Of a DNA stretch of 64,000 nt, positions 39,935 through 52,950 are shown piece by piece. Origin of the DNA: Glaucostegus cemiculus (Eukaryota). The translations under genes were made by a program, and so were the position numbers. Positions within the stretch are counted from its first letter, which is position 1, and each line of letters starts with the position of its first letter. The notes beneath the pieces are model-generated. The model saw nothing but the letters and a program-made list of their open reading frames with translations, searched no databases and was not told the origin of the DNA. The stretch is from assembly GCA_976551045.1 (NCBI GenBank), contig CDPCPM010000016.1:24118001-24182000 (forward strand), written 5' to 3'.

Positions 39935-40430
39935 TATAGAACAGAACAGAATAACAGCAACAGGTCCTTTGGCCCATTGTGTCTGCTTCGACCATAATGC
40001 TAATCTAAAGTAATCCCATCTGCCTACACATGGTGCATATTCCTCTGTTCCCTGCCTGTTGATGTGTTTGTCCAAACGCATCTTAAATGTTGCTATCGTA
40101 TCTGCTTCCATCATCTTTCCTTGCAGTGAGNNNNNNNNNNNNNNNNNNNNNNNNNNNNNNNNNNNNNNNNNNNNNNNNNNNNNNNNNNNNNNNNNNNNNN
40201 NNNNNNNNNNNNNNNNNNNNNNNNNNNNNNNNNNNNNNNNNNNNNNNNNNNNNNNNNNNNNNNNNNNNNNNNNNNNNNNNNNNNNNNNNNNNCACAAATC
40301 TCCTTTAAACTTTCCCCCTCTCATCTTAAACCTATGTGCTCTAGTATTTGACATTTCCACCCTGGGAGAAAGATTCTCTGACTACCTACCCTATTTATGC
40401 CTCTCATAACTTTGTATACTTCCATCAGTT
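39935..40430 (-). mobile_element. CR1 3' end containing an assembly gap
   Basis: MSNTRAHRFKMRGGKFKGD...EADTIATFK; agaac tail. Confidence 0.8.
40131..40292. other. Assembly gap (162 N)
   Basis: Run of n. Confidence 1.
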
Positions 40431-41219
40431 AGCTGCTGAGAAAGCAATTCATGTTTTGTAGAGGGCAGGCAAAGGGCCCAGCCCTTATGGTGTTTGAGGA
40501 AGTGAAATGCAGTGTAGATAATTTTTAAGGAGGAGTAACAGTTTAGCAGTTTGGGAGTTGCATTTTCTAATACCTTGTGATTTTGTGGAATAGTTAATCT
40601 TCGTAATTTTTCTTTGAGTCACCCTGTTATACCAAAAGGAAAGGGTTAGAAGGAATGTAGCTCTGCAAACAATGGAATGTTTAAGAAAAAAATTCTGTTC
40701 TTTTATGTTAATCCCAATCAAGACTATAGTGTTTTACTTTTTGATGAAGGAGAAGAAGAAGAATCTTTTCTAAATCTGGGGGTAGAATATCATCAGTGAT
40801 AAAGAAGGAGTTCTACATGTTAGGCTTATTTTAGCCCTCTGTATTCAACATTGAATTTATTGTTCAGAGGCTTGAATGTCATATTTCCAGTTTGTACAAT
40901 TTTTTTGTCTTATCTGGTGAATTTAGATTTCATAATTTCTATTAATACCTCAGACAATCCATTTATTAGAAATTGGACACTTTTCTGAGCCTTGAGCCTG
41001 CCCTCAACAAAACTTGAACTGTTTTCTCTGGAGTGTCAAAGACTGATGGCTGACTTGATAGAAATATATAAAATTATGAGAGGAATAGATAATGTTGATA
41101 AAGTCTTTTTCCCAGGGTAGAAATGCCCAGTGGGTCCACGTTAACTATCAACCACCCATATAGACTAATCCTACACTCACCCCATTTATTTATTCTCCTC
41201 ACATTCTCATCAGCTCAAA

Positions 41220-43006
41220 GTTAGCATGAAACAGTGACCACAACTTCTTGACCTTTAGCATAGCCATGGACAAGGATAGCAGCAGACGATATGGAAACAT
41301 TTTTAATTGGGGGAAGGCTAATTACACTGGTATTAAGCAGGGACTTGGGAGCGTAAATTGGGAACAGATGTTCTCAGGGAAATGCACAGCAGAAATGTGG
41401 ATGCTGTTTAGGGAACATTTGCATGGGGTTCTGGATAGGTTTGTCCCACGGAGACAGGGAAAGGATGGTAGATAAAAGGAACCATAGTTGACAAGAGATG
41501 TGACGCATTTAGTCAAGAGGAAGAAGGAAGCATACCTAAGGTTTAGGAAGCAAAAATCAGGCAGGACTCTTGAGAATTATAAGGTAGCCAGGAAGGAGCT
41601 TAAGAAGGGAAGGGGACATGAGAAGGCCTTGGTGAGGAGAATTAAGAAAAACCCCAAGGCATTCCACACGTATGTAAAGAACAGGAAGGGAGGATGACTA
41701 GAGTGACGGTAGGTCCACTCAGGGGTAAAAGGGGAAACATGTGGCTGGAGGCGGAAGAGGTAGGGGAGGTCCTTAATGAATACTTTGCTTTAGTGTTTAC
41801 TAGGGAGAGGGACTTTGACGAATGTGAGGTCAGCATAGGACAGGCTAATGTGCTGGAGCATGTTGAGGTTAGGAAAGAGATAGAGTTCTGAAAAACATTA
41901 GGACAGATAAGTCCCTGGGGTTGGACGGGATATTACCCTAGGTTACTACGGGAAGCAAGGGAAGAGATTGCTGGGGCATTAATGATGACATTTGATTCCT
42001 CTCTGGCCACAGGAGTAGTACCAGAGGATTGGAGGATGGCAAATGTTGTTCCCTTGTTCAAGAAAAGTAATAGAGATAATCCTGGGAATTATACACTGAT
42101 GAGTCTTATATCAGTGGTGAGTAAACTATTGGAGAGGATTCTTAGGGACATGATTTACAAACATTTGAAGAAGCATAGTCTTATTAGGGATAGTTAGCAT
42201 GGATTTATGAGGCGCAGGTTGTGCATTATGAGCCTATATCTGGGGTGTAGAGTATTGTCAGTAATAAAAGAAGGAGCTTTTTGAGGACATGACAAAACAA
42301 ATTGTTGAAGGTAGAGGGGTGGATGTGGTGTATATGGACTTCAGTGAGGCGTTTGACAAGGCTCCCCATGGTAGGCTCATCCAGGAAGTCATGAGGAAAG
42401 GGATCCATGGAAACTTGGCTGCGTGGATTCTGAATTGGCTTGCGCAGAGAAGGCAGGGGGTGGTAGTAAATGGAGAGTATTCTGCCTGGAGGTCGGTGAC
42501 TAGTGGTGTTCCACAGGTATCTGTTTGGGACCCCTGCTGTTTGTGATTTTTTATAAATCATTTGGATGAAGAAGTGTAGAAGGTTGTTGTAGGTTACAAC
42601 AGGGTATAGACAAGATGCTGAGTTGGGAGGAGAAGTGTATGGATAAGATTATGAGGGGAATAGATAGCGTGTACACCCAGCACCTTTTCCCCAGGGTGGC
42701 AATGGAAATAGCAGAGGACATCAGTTTAAGGTTAGAGGAGGAAAGTTTAGGGGTTACGTCAGAGGTAGTTTTTTTGCACAGAGGATGATGGGTGCCTGGA
42801 ACGCACTTTCGGAGGTGCTGGTAGATGCTGATACAATAGGAGCATTTAAAAGACTCTTAGATAGGCACATTGGATGAAGTAAGATTGAGGGTCATAGGCT
42901 GTTTAGGAGGAAAGGGTTAGATTAATCGGGGAATAGGTGTTTATACAGGTCGGCACAACATAATGGGCCAAAGGGCCCGTACTGTGCTTTACTGTTCTAG
43001 GTTCTA
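41220..43006 (+). mobile_element. CR1 ORF2 fragment with internal deletion, inserted into a minus-strand V-SINE
   Basis: FNWGKANY, NPKAF, PEDWRMANVVPLFKK, YMDFSEAFDK; jumps to the 3' region at ~42640; SINE halves at ~41128-41217 and ~43007-43102. Confidence 0.85.
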
Positions 43007-43540
43007 ACTCCTCAGATTATATCACTTACCTATGCACTACGTGCAACTTATTTTGATTAAGTAAGCTACCAATCCATGCGTTTTTGGAATATGGGAGGAA
43101 AATGCTATTGTTGTTTGTTAGTGTTAACCACCTGTTCTGCTGGTATCACGGCCACATGCCATTTATTCTTTCCAGGTCTCTGCCATCTTTTCTCTGCAAC
43201 TTGGAACTGTTTTATTTTTAATCTCTAACTTTTCCCAGGTAGACCTTCTATATTAATCTAAAATGCTTTTGGATTAAATGCGTCTTTCCTCTTTTTAATG
43301 TGAATGTGAAGTGGAGCCATTAATTTAAAGTAAGAAATTGAAGAGGAAGATTTGTGAGAGTCTCTATTTACAGGATGTGCTGAAGAATGTAATGCTTTGT
43401 GACAAGAAGTGATTGAAACAGAGATTGTTGCATCTTTTAAAGGGAAATTAGAGAAGATTTGCAAGGTGTAATAATGTTTAAATGTGATAAGATGAATGAG
43501 AGCATTAGTGGAATCAATGCTCAAAGGGATCATTATAACA

Positions 43541-44440
43541 TTGTATAGAGAGATACTGACAGCGCTGCTGTGCTAGGAACTTGGCAAAAGCCTCTGCCCT
43601 CCCTGCTGTGGCCCATTGCTTTGCTGGTAACCTGGTTGAGGGCTCAATTCTCTGGAGCACTAACAACAATAAAATAGTTAAAGTGATCTCATTGCTGCAT
43701 GGCTCAATGTGGAGTGACCCACAGAGGCATTGTGCAATGGCTGTGTGTGAGGGCTGGTGCTGGGCAGGCTGGAACAAGTGTTGCAACTGCTTAGTGCTGA
43801 GATGTAGGGTTGAGGACTACATTTGAGCTGGCACCATGAGTGCATGCCAGTTATTGTTGGGGATTGGCAGTGGCTGCTCCATGTGTTGACAGACTGTCTG
43901 TATCCTATGGTTTCTCTCATCACCAGCCGCTCAATGTGATGGAAGTTGTTGACAACACTCTCTTTTTATCAGGCTGTACAGTTCTTCCCAGCACAGAGAT
44001 TTCACCATAGTTTCAAGTTCAATGCCCAGTGACCTCAGTTTAGATTGTTAGTATGGAGAAATCAAATAAAAAGAGCAGGATACGGCAGCTTCCAACACAT
44101 TCAATGGAAGGCGATGAGAGAGCACAGAGCATCTGTGTGGTCTGTTAACATGTGGAACAGCCACTACTAGTCTGCAGCAATGGCCCGGACTCACTGTACC
44201 AGCTAGGGTGCACCCCTGCCTCCTGAATCTCGGTGTTAAAAGAGCACACCTTTGCCCTAGCTAGCTCAATGTCAGCCCTCAGGCAGCCACTGCACCTTGC
44301 CTGTGGTTCAATCCACATTGATCTGTGCAGTGATGAGTTAACTGTTTCATTGCTGCAGGAGTGCCAACAGAGATCAAAAGTTCAGGTCAAGTTTCTGGCA
44401 CAGCAGAATGCTGCCCGACCAGATAGCTTTTTAAACTACA
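43541..44440. mobile_element. Old foldback / MITE-like element with ~400-bp imperfect inverted arms
   Basis: 43541-43970 aligns by eye to the reverse complement of 44066-44440; a further arm end lies at 63820-63935. Confidence 0.7.
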
Positions 44441-44956
44441 GGGAAGTATGCACCTGTGAGTGTTCTGACTTCAGGATCAAGAAGCTATAACAAATCAATG
44501 TTCTGCAAAGTAGCACCAAGTGGAGTACCACATGGGTTGTGCTCAGGAATGTTTTACAAAATGGTCCTTGGCATAATGATCAAATTGTCAACTTAATCTA
44601 TGAATCTACAGGATGTGGTGTCTATAACTTTGTGACTCATTAAAATGGGTACCCTTTATGTCTGACTATGCTATATTTAGTATACTGCATTCTGAATACC
44701 ATGGCAAGTTATTTCCATTCCAGTTTATTTGTTTGAGCTATATAAGATATTTTAGGACATAAATATTTATAATTGTTGGTTGGAAGTTTCTTCACAGTCA
44801 TTTGTATGGCTAATATTTGCATAATTAATTGTAATTGGATTGCCTACAATATTATCATTAAATTAAAAATACTACAAATTTTGGAAATCCAAAATAAAAA
44901 GAGGAAATGCTAGAAATACTCAACTCTGATGGAAAGTTATCAATCTGAAATATTTA

Positions 44957-47900
44957 GAACCATAGAACCATAGAACAATACAGCACAAAACAGGCCCTTC
45001 GGCCCACCAAATTGTGCCATCCTTCAAATGTCTCACAATCTAACTCTTTCCTCCCACATATCCTACTATTCCACATTCTTCCATGTGCCTATTCAACAAT
45101 CTCTTGAACCTGTCCAACGTATCTGCCTCTACTACCACCCCAGGCAGCGCATTCCATGCGCCAAACACTCTCTGGGTGAAAAACTTCCACTGTGACATCT
45201 CCCCTAAACTTACCACCCAATATCTTAAAGCCATGCCCTCTCATCTTGTGCATCAGCGCTCTGGGAAAGAGGCACTGGCTGTCAACTCTATCTATTCCTC
45301 TCAATATCTTATACACCTCCATCAAGTGTCCTCTCATCCTCCTCCTCTCCAACGAGTAGAGCCCTAGCACCTTAAGCCTCTCCTCATATTCCATACCCTC
45401 TAATCCAGGCATCATCCTGGTAAATCGCCTCTGTACCCTCTCCAACGCCTCCACATCCTTCCTATAATGCGGTGACCAGAACTAAACGCAATATTCTAAG
45501 TGCGGCCTAACTAGAGTTTTGTAAAGCAGCATCATCACCTCTCTGCTCTTGAACTCAATCCCACGATTTATAAAAGCTAACATCCCATAAGCCTTCTTAA
45601 CTGCCCTATCCACCTGCGAGGCAACTTTGAGTGAACTGTGGATATGAACCCCCGGATTCCTCTGCTCCTCAACACTGCCAAGTACCTTACCATTTACCTC
45701 ATACTCTGCCCTGGAGTTCGTCCTCCCAAAGTGCACCACCTCACACTTCTCCGGATTAAACTCCATCTGCCACCTGTCCGCCCAGCTCTGCATCCTATCA
45801 ATATCCTTCTGTAAGCTCCGACAGTCCTCCACACTATCTACCACACCGCCGATCTTGGTGTCATCCGCAAACTTACCAACCCATCCTTCCACTCCTTCAT
45901 CTAAGTCATCTATAAATATAACAAAGAGTAGAGGTCCCAGAACCGATCCCTGCGGGACACCACTAGTCACAGCCCTCCAATCCAAGGGCACTCCCTCCAC
46001 CACAACCCTCTGCTTTCTACAGGCAAGCCAATTCCTGATCCACACAGCCAAACTCCCCTGGATGCCTCGACCTCTGACCTTCTGAAGCCTGCCATGAGGA
46101 ACCTTATCGAATGCCTTACTAAAATCCTTTCTTTTTCAATCTTTTTTATCGATAACAAATCATTACAGGTTAAAATATATAACAACAATGTTTACACATG
46201 TATTATAGAAATATCAAGTAAATCGTAGGCAGTCATTAAAAGAAAGCAATAAAATATGATATATATAAAAGAAATAGTTCCAACAATCTCTCGGTTCATA
46301 AGTGTAATGTGAAAGATAGAAAAGAAAAAGATTTGTTATATAATTAGAAAAAAAACGCCAAAAAAAACGCAAATCAATTTTAAAAAATCATAATAATATA
46401 GAGTAAATTAAACCAAAATCAATTTTAAAAAAAGAAGAAAAAAAAAACAAAACAAGGAAAAAAAAAACTGGGCTAAAATTTTCAATAGAAATAGAACAAT
46501 ATAATGTTGTCAGCTCCGTTTCTCTAAATTAAAAGAAAGTTATAGAAGGGGAAACTATATCATATGAAAGTATTGAATAAATGGACTCCAAATATCTTCA
46601 AATTTAAGCGAAGAATCAACAGTACCACTCCTAATTTTTTCCAAATTAAGACATGATATAGTTTGAGAGAACCATTGAAAAGTGGTAGGGGGTATTGGAT
46701 CCTTCCATTTAAGCAGAATGACTCGTTTGGCCATCAATGTAACAAAAGCAATCATACGATTATCAGAAGCAGGTAAGTGGCCAGACTTTATCCATGGTAA
46801 TCCAAAAATTGCAGTAATAGGGTGAGGTTGTAAACCTATCTTCAATACATCTGAAATAATATTAAAAATGTCTTTCCAATATTTTTCTAAATAAGGACAA
46901 GACCAGAACATATGCGACAAAGAAGCCACGTTTGATTTACATCTGTCACATATAGGGTTTATACGATCATAAAAATGAGCTAGCTTATCTTTGGACATAT
47001 AGGCCCTAGCCTTACTAAAATCCATATAGACTACATCCACCGCACTGCCCTCATCAAGCTTCCTCGTCACTTCCTCAAAGAATCCTATCAGGCTCGTGAG
47101 GCAAGATCTTCCCTTCACAAAGCCATGCTGACTGTCCCTAATCAGTCCGTGACTCTCCAGGTGTTCATAGATCCTATCCCTCAGAATCCTTTCTAACAGC
47201 TTACCCGCCACAGACGTGAGACTCACCGGTCTGTAATTTCCCGGACTATCCCTACTACCTTTTTTAAACAAGGGAACAACATCCGCTACCCACCAATCCT
47301 CTGGCACCATCCCCGTGGACAGTGAGGACTCAAATATCCTCACCAGCGGATCAACAATCTCCTCCCTCGCCTCTTGAAGCAGCCTGGGGAATATTCCGTC
47401 AGGCCCCGGAGACTTATCTGTCTTGATATTATTTAACAATTTCAACACCTCCTCCCTCTCGATAGCTACATACTCAAGAACATTACCCTTACCAGCACTC
47501 TCTGTCGCGTCATCCAGACCCCTCTCCTTGGTGAATATGGAAGAGAAGTATTCATTCAGTACCTCCCCTACTTTTGCCGCCTCCAGGCACATCCTCCCAC
47601 CTTTGTCTTTAATCGGACCTACCTTCACCCTAGCCATCCTTCTGCCCTTCACATACGAGAAAAAAGCCTTGGGATTTTCCTTAACCCTAATAGCCAACAT
47701 CTTTTCATGTCCCCTTCTAGCTCTCCTCAGCTCTTTCTTAAGTTCCTTCCTCACTATACTATATTCCTCACGGGCCACGTCCAAGCCTTGCCGCTTACAC
47801 CTTATGTAAGCCGCCTTCTTCCTCCTAACCAGACGTTCCAACTCTCTCGTCACCCACGGTTCCTTCACCCTGCCATTCCTCCTTTGTCTTGCCGGGACAT

Positions 47901-49191
47901 ATTTATCCCTAACATCCTGTAAAACATCCCTGAACAACATCCACATCTCCACAGTACACTTCCCCTCAAAAAGGACTTCCCAATTTACACTCCCAAGTTC
48001 TCTCCTTATAGCCTCATAGTCTGCCCTTCCCCAATTAAATATCCTCCTGTCCTCTCTGCACCTATCCCTGTCCATGACAATTCTAAAGCTTATCGAGCAA
48101 TGATCACTGTCCCCCAAATGCTCACCCACCAGTAGATCCCTCACCTGTCTCGGTTCATTTCCTAAAACCAGATCCAACACCGAATTCCCTCTAGTCGGCC
48201 TGTCAACATACTGCATCAGGAATCCATCCTGGACACACTTAACAAACTCGTTCCCATCTAAACCCTTGGCACTGAGCATGTCCCAGTCTATATTCAGGAA
48301 GTTGAAATCTCCCATTATTACAACCCTGTTACTTTTGCTTCTGTCCAAACACTGCCTGCCAATCTGCTCCTCTATATCTCTACTGCTACCAGGGGGCCTA
48401 TAGTATACCCCCAGCAGCGTAATCGCACTCTTCCTGTTCCTCACTTCCACCCACTCCAACTCGAGAGAGGATCCTTCTGCAAAATCCACCCTTTCTGCAG
48501 CCATAACATCGTCCCTGACCAATATCGCCACCCCTCCTCCTCTTCTCCCCCCTTCCCTATCCCTTTTAAAACACTGAAAACCAGGAATATTCAATATCCA
48601 CTCCTGTCCTGACGACAGCCACGTCTCAGTTATAGCTACGATATCATAGTCCCCCATACTTATCCAAGCCCTCAATTCATCTCCCTTATTCCTGACACTT
48701 CTCGCACTAAAGTAAACACACTTTAGTCCATCCACTTTACCACTTTTATAGCCTGTACCCTGCCTCTCCTTCCCCAAAGCCTCTCTACCTGCTCGATCCA
48801 ACTCTTCTCCATCCCTTTCTTCCTCTGCCCTACTCCTCCGGTTCCCATCCCCCTCACAAATTAGTTTAAACCCTCCGCAACCACTCTAGCAAACCTAACC
48901 GCAAGGATATTGGCTCCCTTCTGGTTTGGGTGTAACCCGTCCTGTCTGTACAGGTGCCACTTTCCCGAGAAGAGATCCCAATGATCCAGAAATCTAAAAC
49001 CCTCCCTCCTGCACCAACTTCTCAGCCACGCATTTATCTGCTACTTCCTCCTGTTCCTGCCTTCACTATCGCGTGGCACCGGCAGCAATCCCGAGATCAC
49101 TACCCTCGAGGTCCTGTTCCTCAGTCTCCTGCCTATCTCCATAAAGTCTCTCTTCAGGACCTCATCCCCCTTCCTATCTATGTCGTTGGTG
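44957..49191 (-). mobile_element. Young 5'-truncated CR1 (end of esterase ORF1 + ORF2), interrupted by an L1
   Basis: ORF1 C-terminus TND...FLDHWDLF...DGLHPN, stop at 48861-48863; ORF2 APE (TETWL, MGDFN, SDH) and RT (YRPVSLTS, QHGF, KFADD); (agaaccat)n tail. Confidence 0.95.
46128..47008 (-). mobile_element. 5'-truncated L1-clade element (881 bp)
   Basis: Encodes CDRC-x8-H-x4-C (HMFWSC) zinc knuckle and WK...W C-terminus typical of fish L1 ORF2; T-rich 3' UTR ending aaagattgaaaaagaaa; 15-bp TSD gccttactaaaatcc at 46113-46127 and 47009-47023. Confidence 0.92.
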
Positions 49192-49696
49192 GTTTACTTC
49201 TATTTCTCCCTCCATAGATGCCACCTAATCAGCTCAGTATTTGCAGCATTTTCTCTTCTGTTATTAGTGAATCATTTGAAGGAATTCTACAGCTAAACAC
49301 ATAAATTTAAGTTAACAAAATCACAAACTGAACTTGTTTCCCTGTGTATTTAGTATTCTTTTGCTGCTTAGAAGTACTGTGGAGAGATCATAGTTAAAGT
49401 GGTAGTTACTATAAAGTCTGACTGAATACTGCACTCAGATTGACTGAGTTCCTGATGGATTATGGACTAATTTCCATTTGGAGATCAGATTTGATCATCA
49501 GGTTCAATGTATCTGATAAGGGGCATAAATAGAACCGAATGTGCATGTTTTATGTGTACTGGTCGCATATTTATTGTAAGTATACTAAATAAAACCACAA
49601 AATACTACCATGTGGAAAATGAAGATGTGATCTTCAGAATGTTCACATTTTACAATTATTAACAGTTATTAACCATATTTATTATTTGCTCTGTAG

Positions 49697-49861
49697 GCCC
49701 AGCTTCTGGATATGAAGTCAGAGCTAATTGATACTCAGGCTGAGAAGGTTGTGTTAGAGAAGGAAGTGCATGATCAGCTTTTGCAGCTTCATGCTGTTCA
49801 ACTGCAGTTGCATGCCAAGACTGGGCAAAATGTTGATTCCGGCTCAATCAAGGCTAAGCTG
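49697..49861 (+). CDS. GOPC: GOPC exon 2
   Basis: ctgtag|[10 protein letters not shown]...[36 protein letters not shown]|gtatgt; 165 nt. Confidence 0.96.
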
Positions 49862-49989
49862 GTATGTCTTTGTTAAAACAAAATGAAATTTATTCCAAAG
49901 TTATCTAATTTTGTTTTGAGCATTGTTAAATTCAGAATTATTTGAGCTGATTTTGTTTTCATGCAAATTATTTTCATACATCATGTTAG

Positions 49990-50950
49990 TCATAGAGAAC
50001 TTACAACATAGGGAGAAACTGTTCAACCTTATGTATCTCTGTTGGTTTAAAAAAAAGGGTTACCAAACCTCATCCCAATTACCAGTACAAGGTTCACAGC
50101 CTTGTTGGTCATGACACTTCAACTACACAACAAGTAATGAGGATTTACTTCTTTTACCACTCTTTCAGGCAGTGAGTTTCAGACTCCTGCCATCTCTGGA
50201 AAAAAACCCTCATCTCTCTGTCAATCCTATCAATTACGTTAAACCAACCCCCTTTAACTTTTGACCTCTACAAAGAGAAATTGATCCTTCCTATTGACTT
50301 TACCAAGTCCTTCATAATTTTATACACTTCAGTTATGTTTTTTTTTCTCAGTCTTCCTTGTTAGAGAAAACAGTCCGAGCTTATCCGATCTTTTCTCATA
50401 GCTACGGTTTTCTATTTCTGCCCAATCTTTATAAAACTAGTCTGCATCCTTTATAGTGTAATCACACCTTTTCTGCAATGTAATGACCAGAACTATATGC
50501 AGTTCTCAAGCTAGTTTTGAGTCCAGTTCTCGTGTAACTTTCCTGCTATTCTGTGCTTCAGCATCCCATTTATCTTTTTTTAACTATCTCATTGATCTGC
50601 TGTCTTTGAGGATCTGTGGGTATATGATTCAAGGTTTTGATCCTCTACCACATGTATTATTCCCCCTTATCTTTTTAATATCCTATTTTGTTGCACCTCT
50701 CCAAATGCATTTATGTACTACTCTCAGCTTCTAATTCCATATGCCAAGCTGACCAGGCCATCTATATGCTTTCCCCCTCACCGCCAACCACATGGCAAAT
50801 GCTTCTTTCAACCAGAAACTTCTTTCTTATGTCTCTTCCATTTGCGTCTAAGTAATTTATTGTATATTACATAAAGCAAAGGATTGAGTACTGACCATCG
50901 TGAAATTCCACTTGTAACACTCGTAAGTACTATGTACACATTTGTTGACC
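49990..50950 (-). mobile_element. Degenerate CR1 3' fragment
   Basis: tgaccagaactatatgcagttctc and related reverse CR1 motifs. Confidence 0.65.
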
Positions 50951-51169
50951 ATTTGTACCTTTTTGGATGATGGATTGTTTTAATCTAAAATGCTGCTCCT
51001 TTCACTGAAGTAGCTGTGCTGTAGAATAATATAGCCATTAGTATTAGAATACTACCTCCATGGTGCTGCTGAACAAAATTCATTGACTTCTCTCTTTTTT
51101 TCAGTGAATGAATCTTCTTTAACTGTTCTCTATATGCTAACTTCCTAACTTTTTCTTTCCTGTCCCAAG

Positions 51170-51193
51170 TCTGTCCTCTCAGTGGATGAGATG
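51170..51193 (+). CDS. GOPC: GOPC alternative 24-nt microexon (nPIST insert), SVLSVDEM
   Basis: Branch-like ctaac x2, pyrimidine tract, aag|TCTGTCCTCTCAGTGGATGAGATG|gtacgt; phase 0/0; resembles the mammalian 8-aa insert SGPSVEEL in the same intron. Confidence 0.85.
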
Positions 51194-52151
51194 GTACGTG
51201 AGTACACTGGTGTGGTCTTGTTTTGTGGATTTCGTGTCAACTCATGCTGCCTTCCATTAGTCTTGTACTTTCAGTGTAAGCCACACTGGAAATTTTTTTT
51301 TGGACTTTAGCAGAGGATTGACTGTTGGTGAATAGTGTTACCTTTTGTTATATTTACATTGTACACAGCAGTGACAAATTGAACTAGGTCTCATCAATAA
51401 TTGACTAAAAATAAGTTAGTTCACTATTTCTACAATTTTTAATTTGTTGAATATTTTTAACTTGGGTCTTTTAATAAAAGGATTATATTATGCATTTTTA
51501 CAGAATGTTTCAATCAATGTACAATATGTCTTCTGGGGGAAGGAAAGCTCAGTATTTTACAAAGCAGCCATCAAGAAAGTTGCACAAAATTAACAACACA
51601 TTTAATGGTTCATGTCCTTTCTATGAACAAGAACAGTCATTAAATATTTCCAAGTGTTATGAATATTCTTTGTTTTATGAACTTCATGTGATAGATCATT
51701 ATGGTAAATAGGCTTTGTCTCAACTAAGATTATTGATACAAACTAAATTATGTATTTTGCCTATCCTTTTTAAATTTAAACTATATTTTCATCTTTTCTA
51801 CAGGTTAAATATTAAAAAGCTTGATTTACTAAATTACAGGAAAGATAGATGGTATAATATTCCCTTGCTTCTGGCTTTCGGCTAAATTCTGTTTCCAAGT
51901 TTGAAGCCATGTCTTGTCTTTTGCTGTCTTAAGTATCCATTGAGATGTCCAATAAAAAATTTGCTATTAGTACTTGGGCTCTCACCACATTGGGCCCAAG
52001 TTTTTCCAATCCTCCTTTAGATTTTGGCTATGATATTGCTTAAACGTGTTGGGATATTGTGAGCTTGGCATTGCTTGTTACTGCAAAGGAATTTTGTTTT
52101 GATGAGACTGATTACATGTAGTGGTAAACAATGTGTATGTTTCTTTGGAAG

Positions 52152-52327
52152 GAAAAAGAATTAGAAGCCAATAAAAAAGAAAAAGTGAAGGAAGCAAAAC
52201 TAGAAGCTGATGTAAAACTGCTGAGAAAAGAGAATGAAGCCCTGCGTCGACATATAGCAGTTTTACAAGCTGAAGTATATGGTGCAAGGCTAGCAGCTAA
52301 GTATCTGGATAAAGAGCTAGCAGGCAG
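52152..52327 (+). CDS. GOPC: GOPC exon 4
   Basis: [11 protein letters not shown]...[29 protein letters not shown]; donor AG|gtaaga; 176 nt. Confidence 0.96.
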
Positions 52328-52625
52328 GTAAGAAATTGCTCATAATTATTGATTATTACTATGTTTCTAACAGAAAACCAGCAGAGACTTGTGCATTTGA
52401 CAAATATGATAATTTCAGTTTAACACAATTACCATAATTAAATTTAGACGTCGATCCATATGGTAAATTTTTCAGAGTTTAGAGTGAATGTTAAACGTGC
52501 AAAACATAACAAAAAATTTGGGAAAATCTACAAAGTCTGCTTATAATGGGGAAAGGAAGAACTTTCCTGCTGAATCGTCACATTTAAATATTCACTCTGT
52601 ATTTTCTCTGTTTCTATTATATCAT

Positions 52626-52950
52626 GGGCAGCATAGTGATGTGGTAGTTAATACTGTTGACTTGCAGTTCAGTGTCCCCAGGTAATGTTTGTGCTAAGTT
52701 CGCATGCACTCCCTGTGAGAACATGGGATTCCTTCACGTGTTCCTGTTTTGTCCCACATCCCAAAGATGTACTGGCTTAACTGGTAACTGTAAATTACTC
52801 CTCCTTCTAGGTTAATAGCAAGAAAAGAATCAGAGGGAAGTTGACGAGCATTTCTGTGGAAGAATAAGTTGCAGGGCTATAGGGAAATAGGAGAGTGGGA
52901 ATGGGACCTATTAGATTGTTCCTCTGGGAGCCGATGGGATGAATGACCTG
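52626..52950 (+). mobile_element. Older V-SINE
   Basis: gggcagcatagt head; decayed V-domain; cccacatcccaaagatgt. Confidence 0.65.

Noticed and set aside
39899-40409. ORFs spanning X runs
   Set aside because: Artefacts of the N gap.
42234-42278. ~45-bp foreign segment inside a CR1
   Set aside because: Source not identifiable in the window and too short to interpret.
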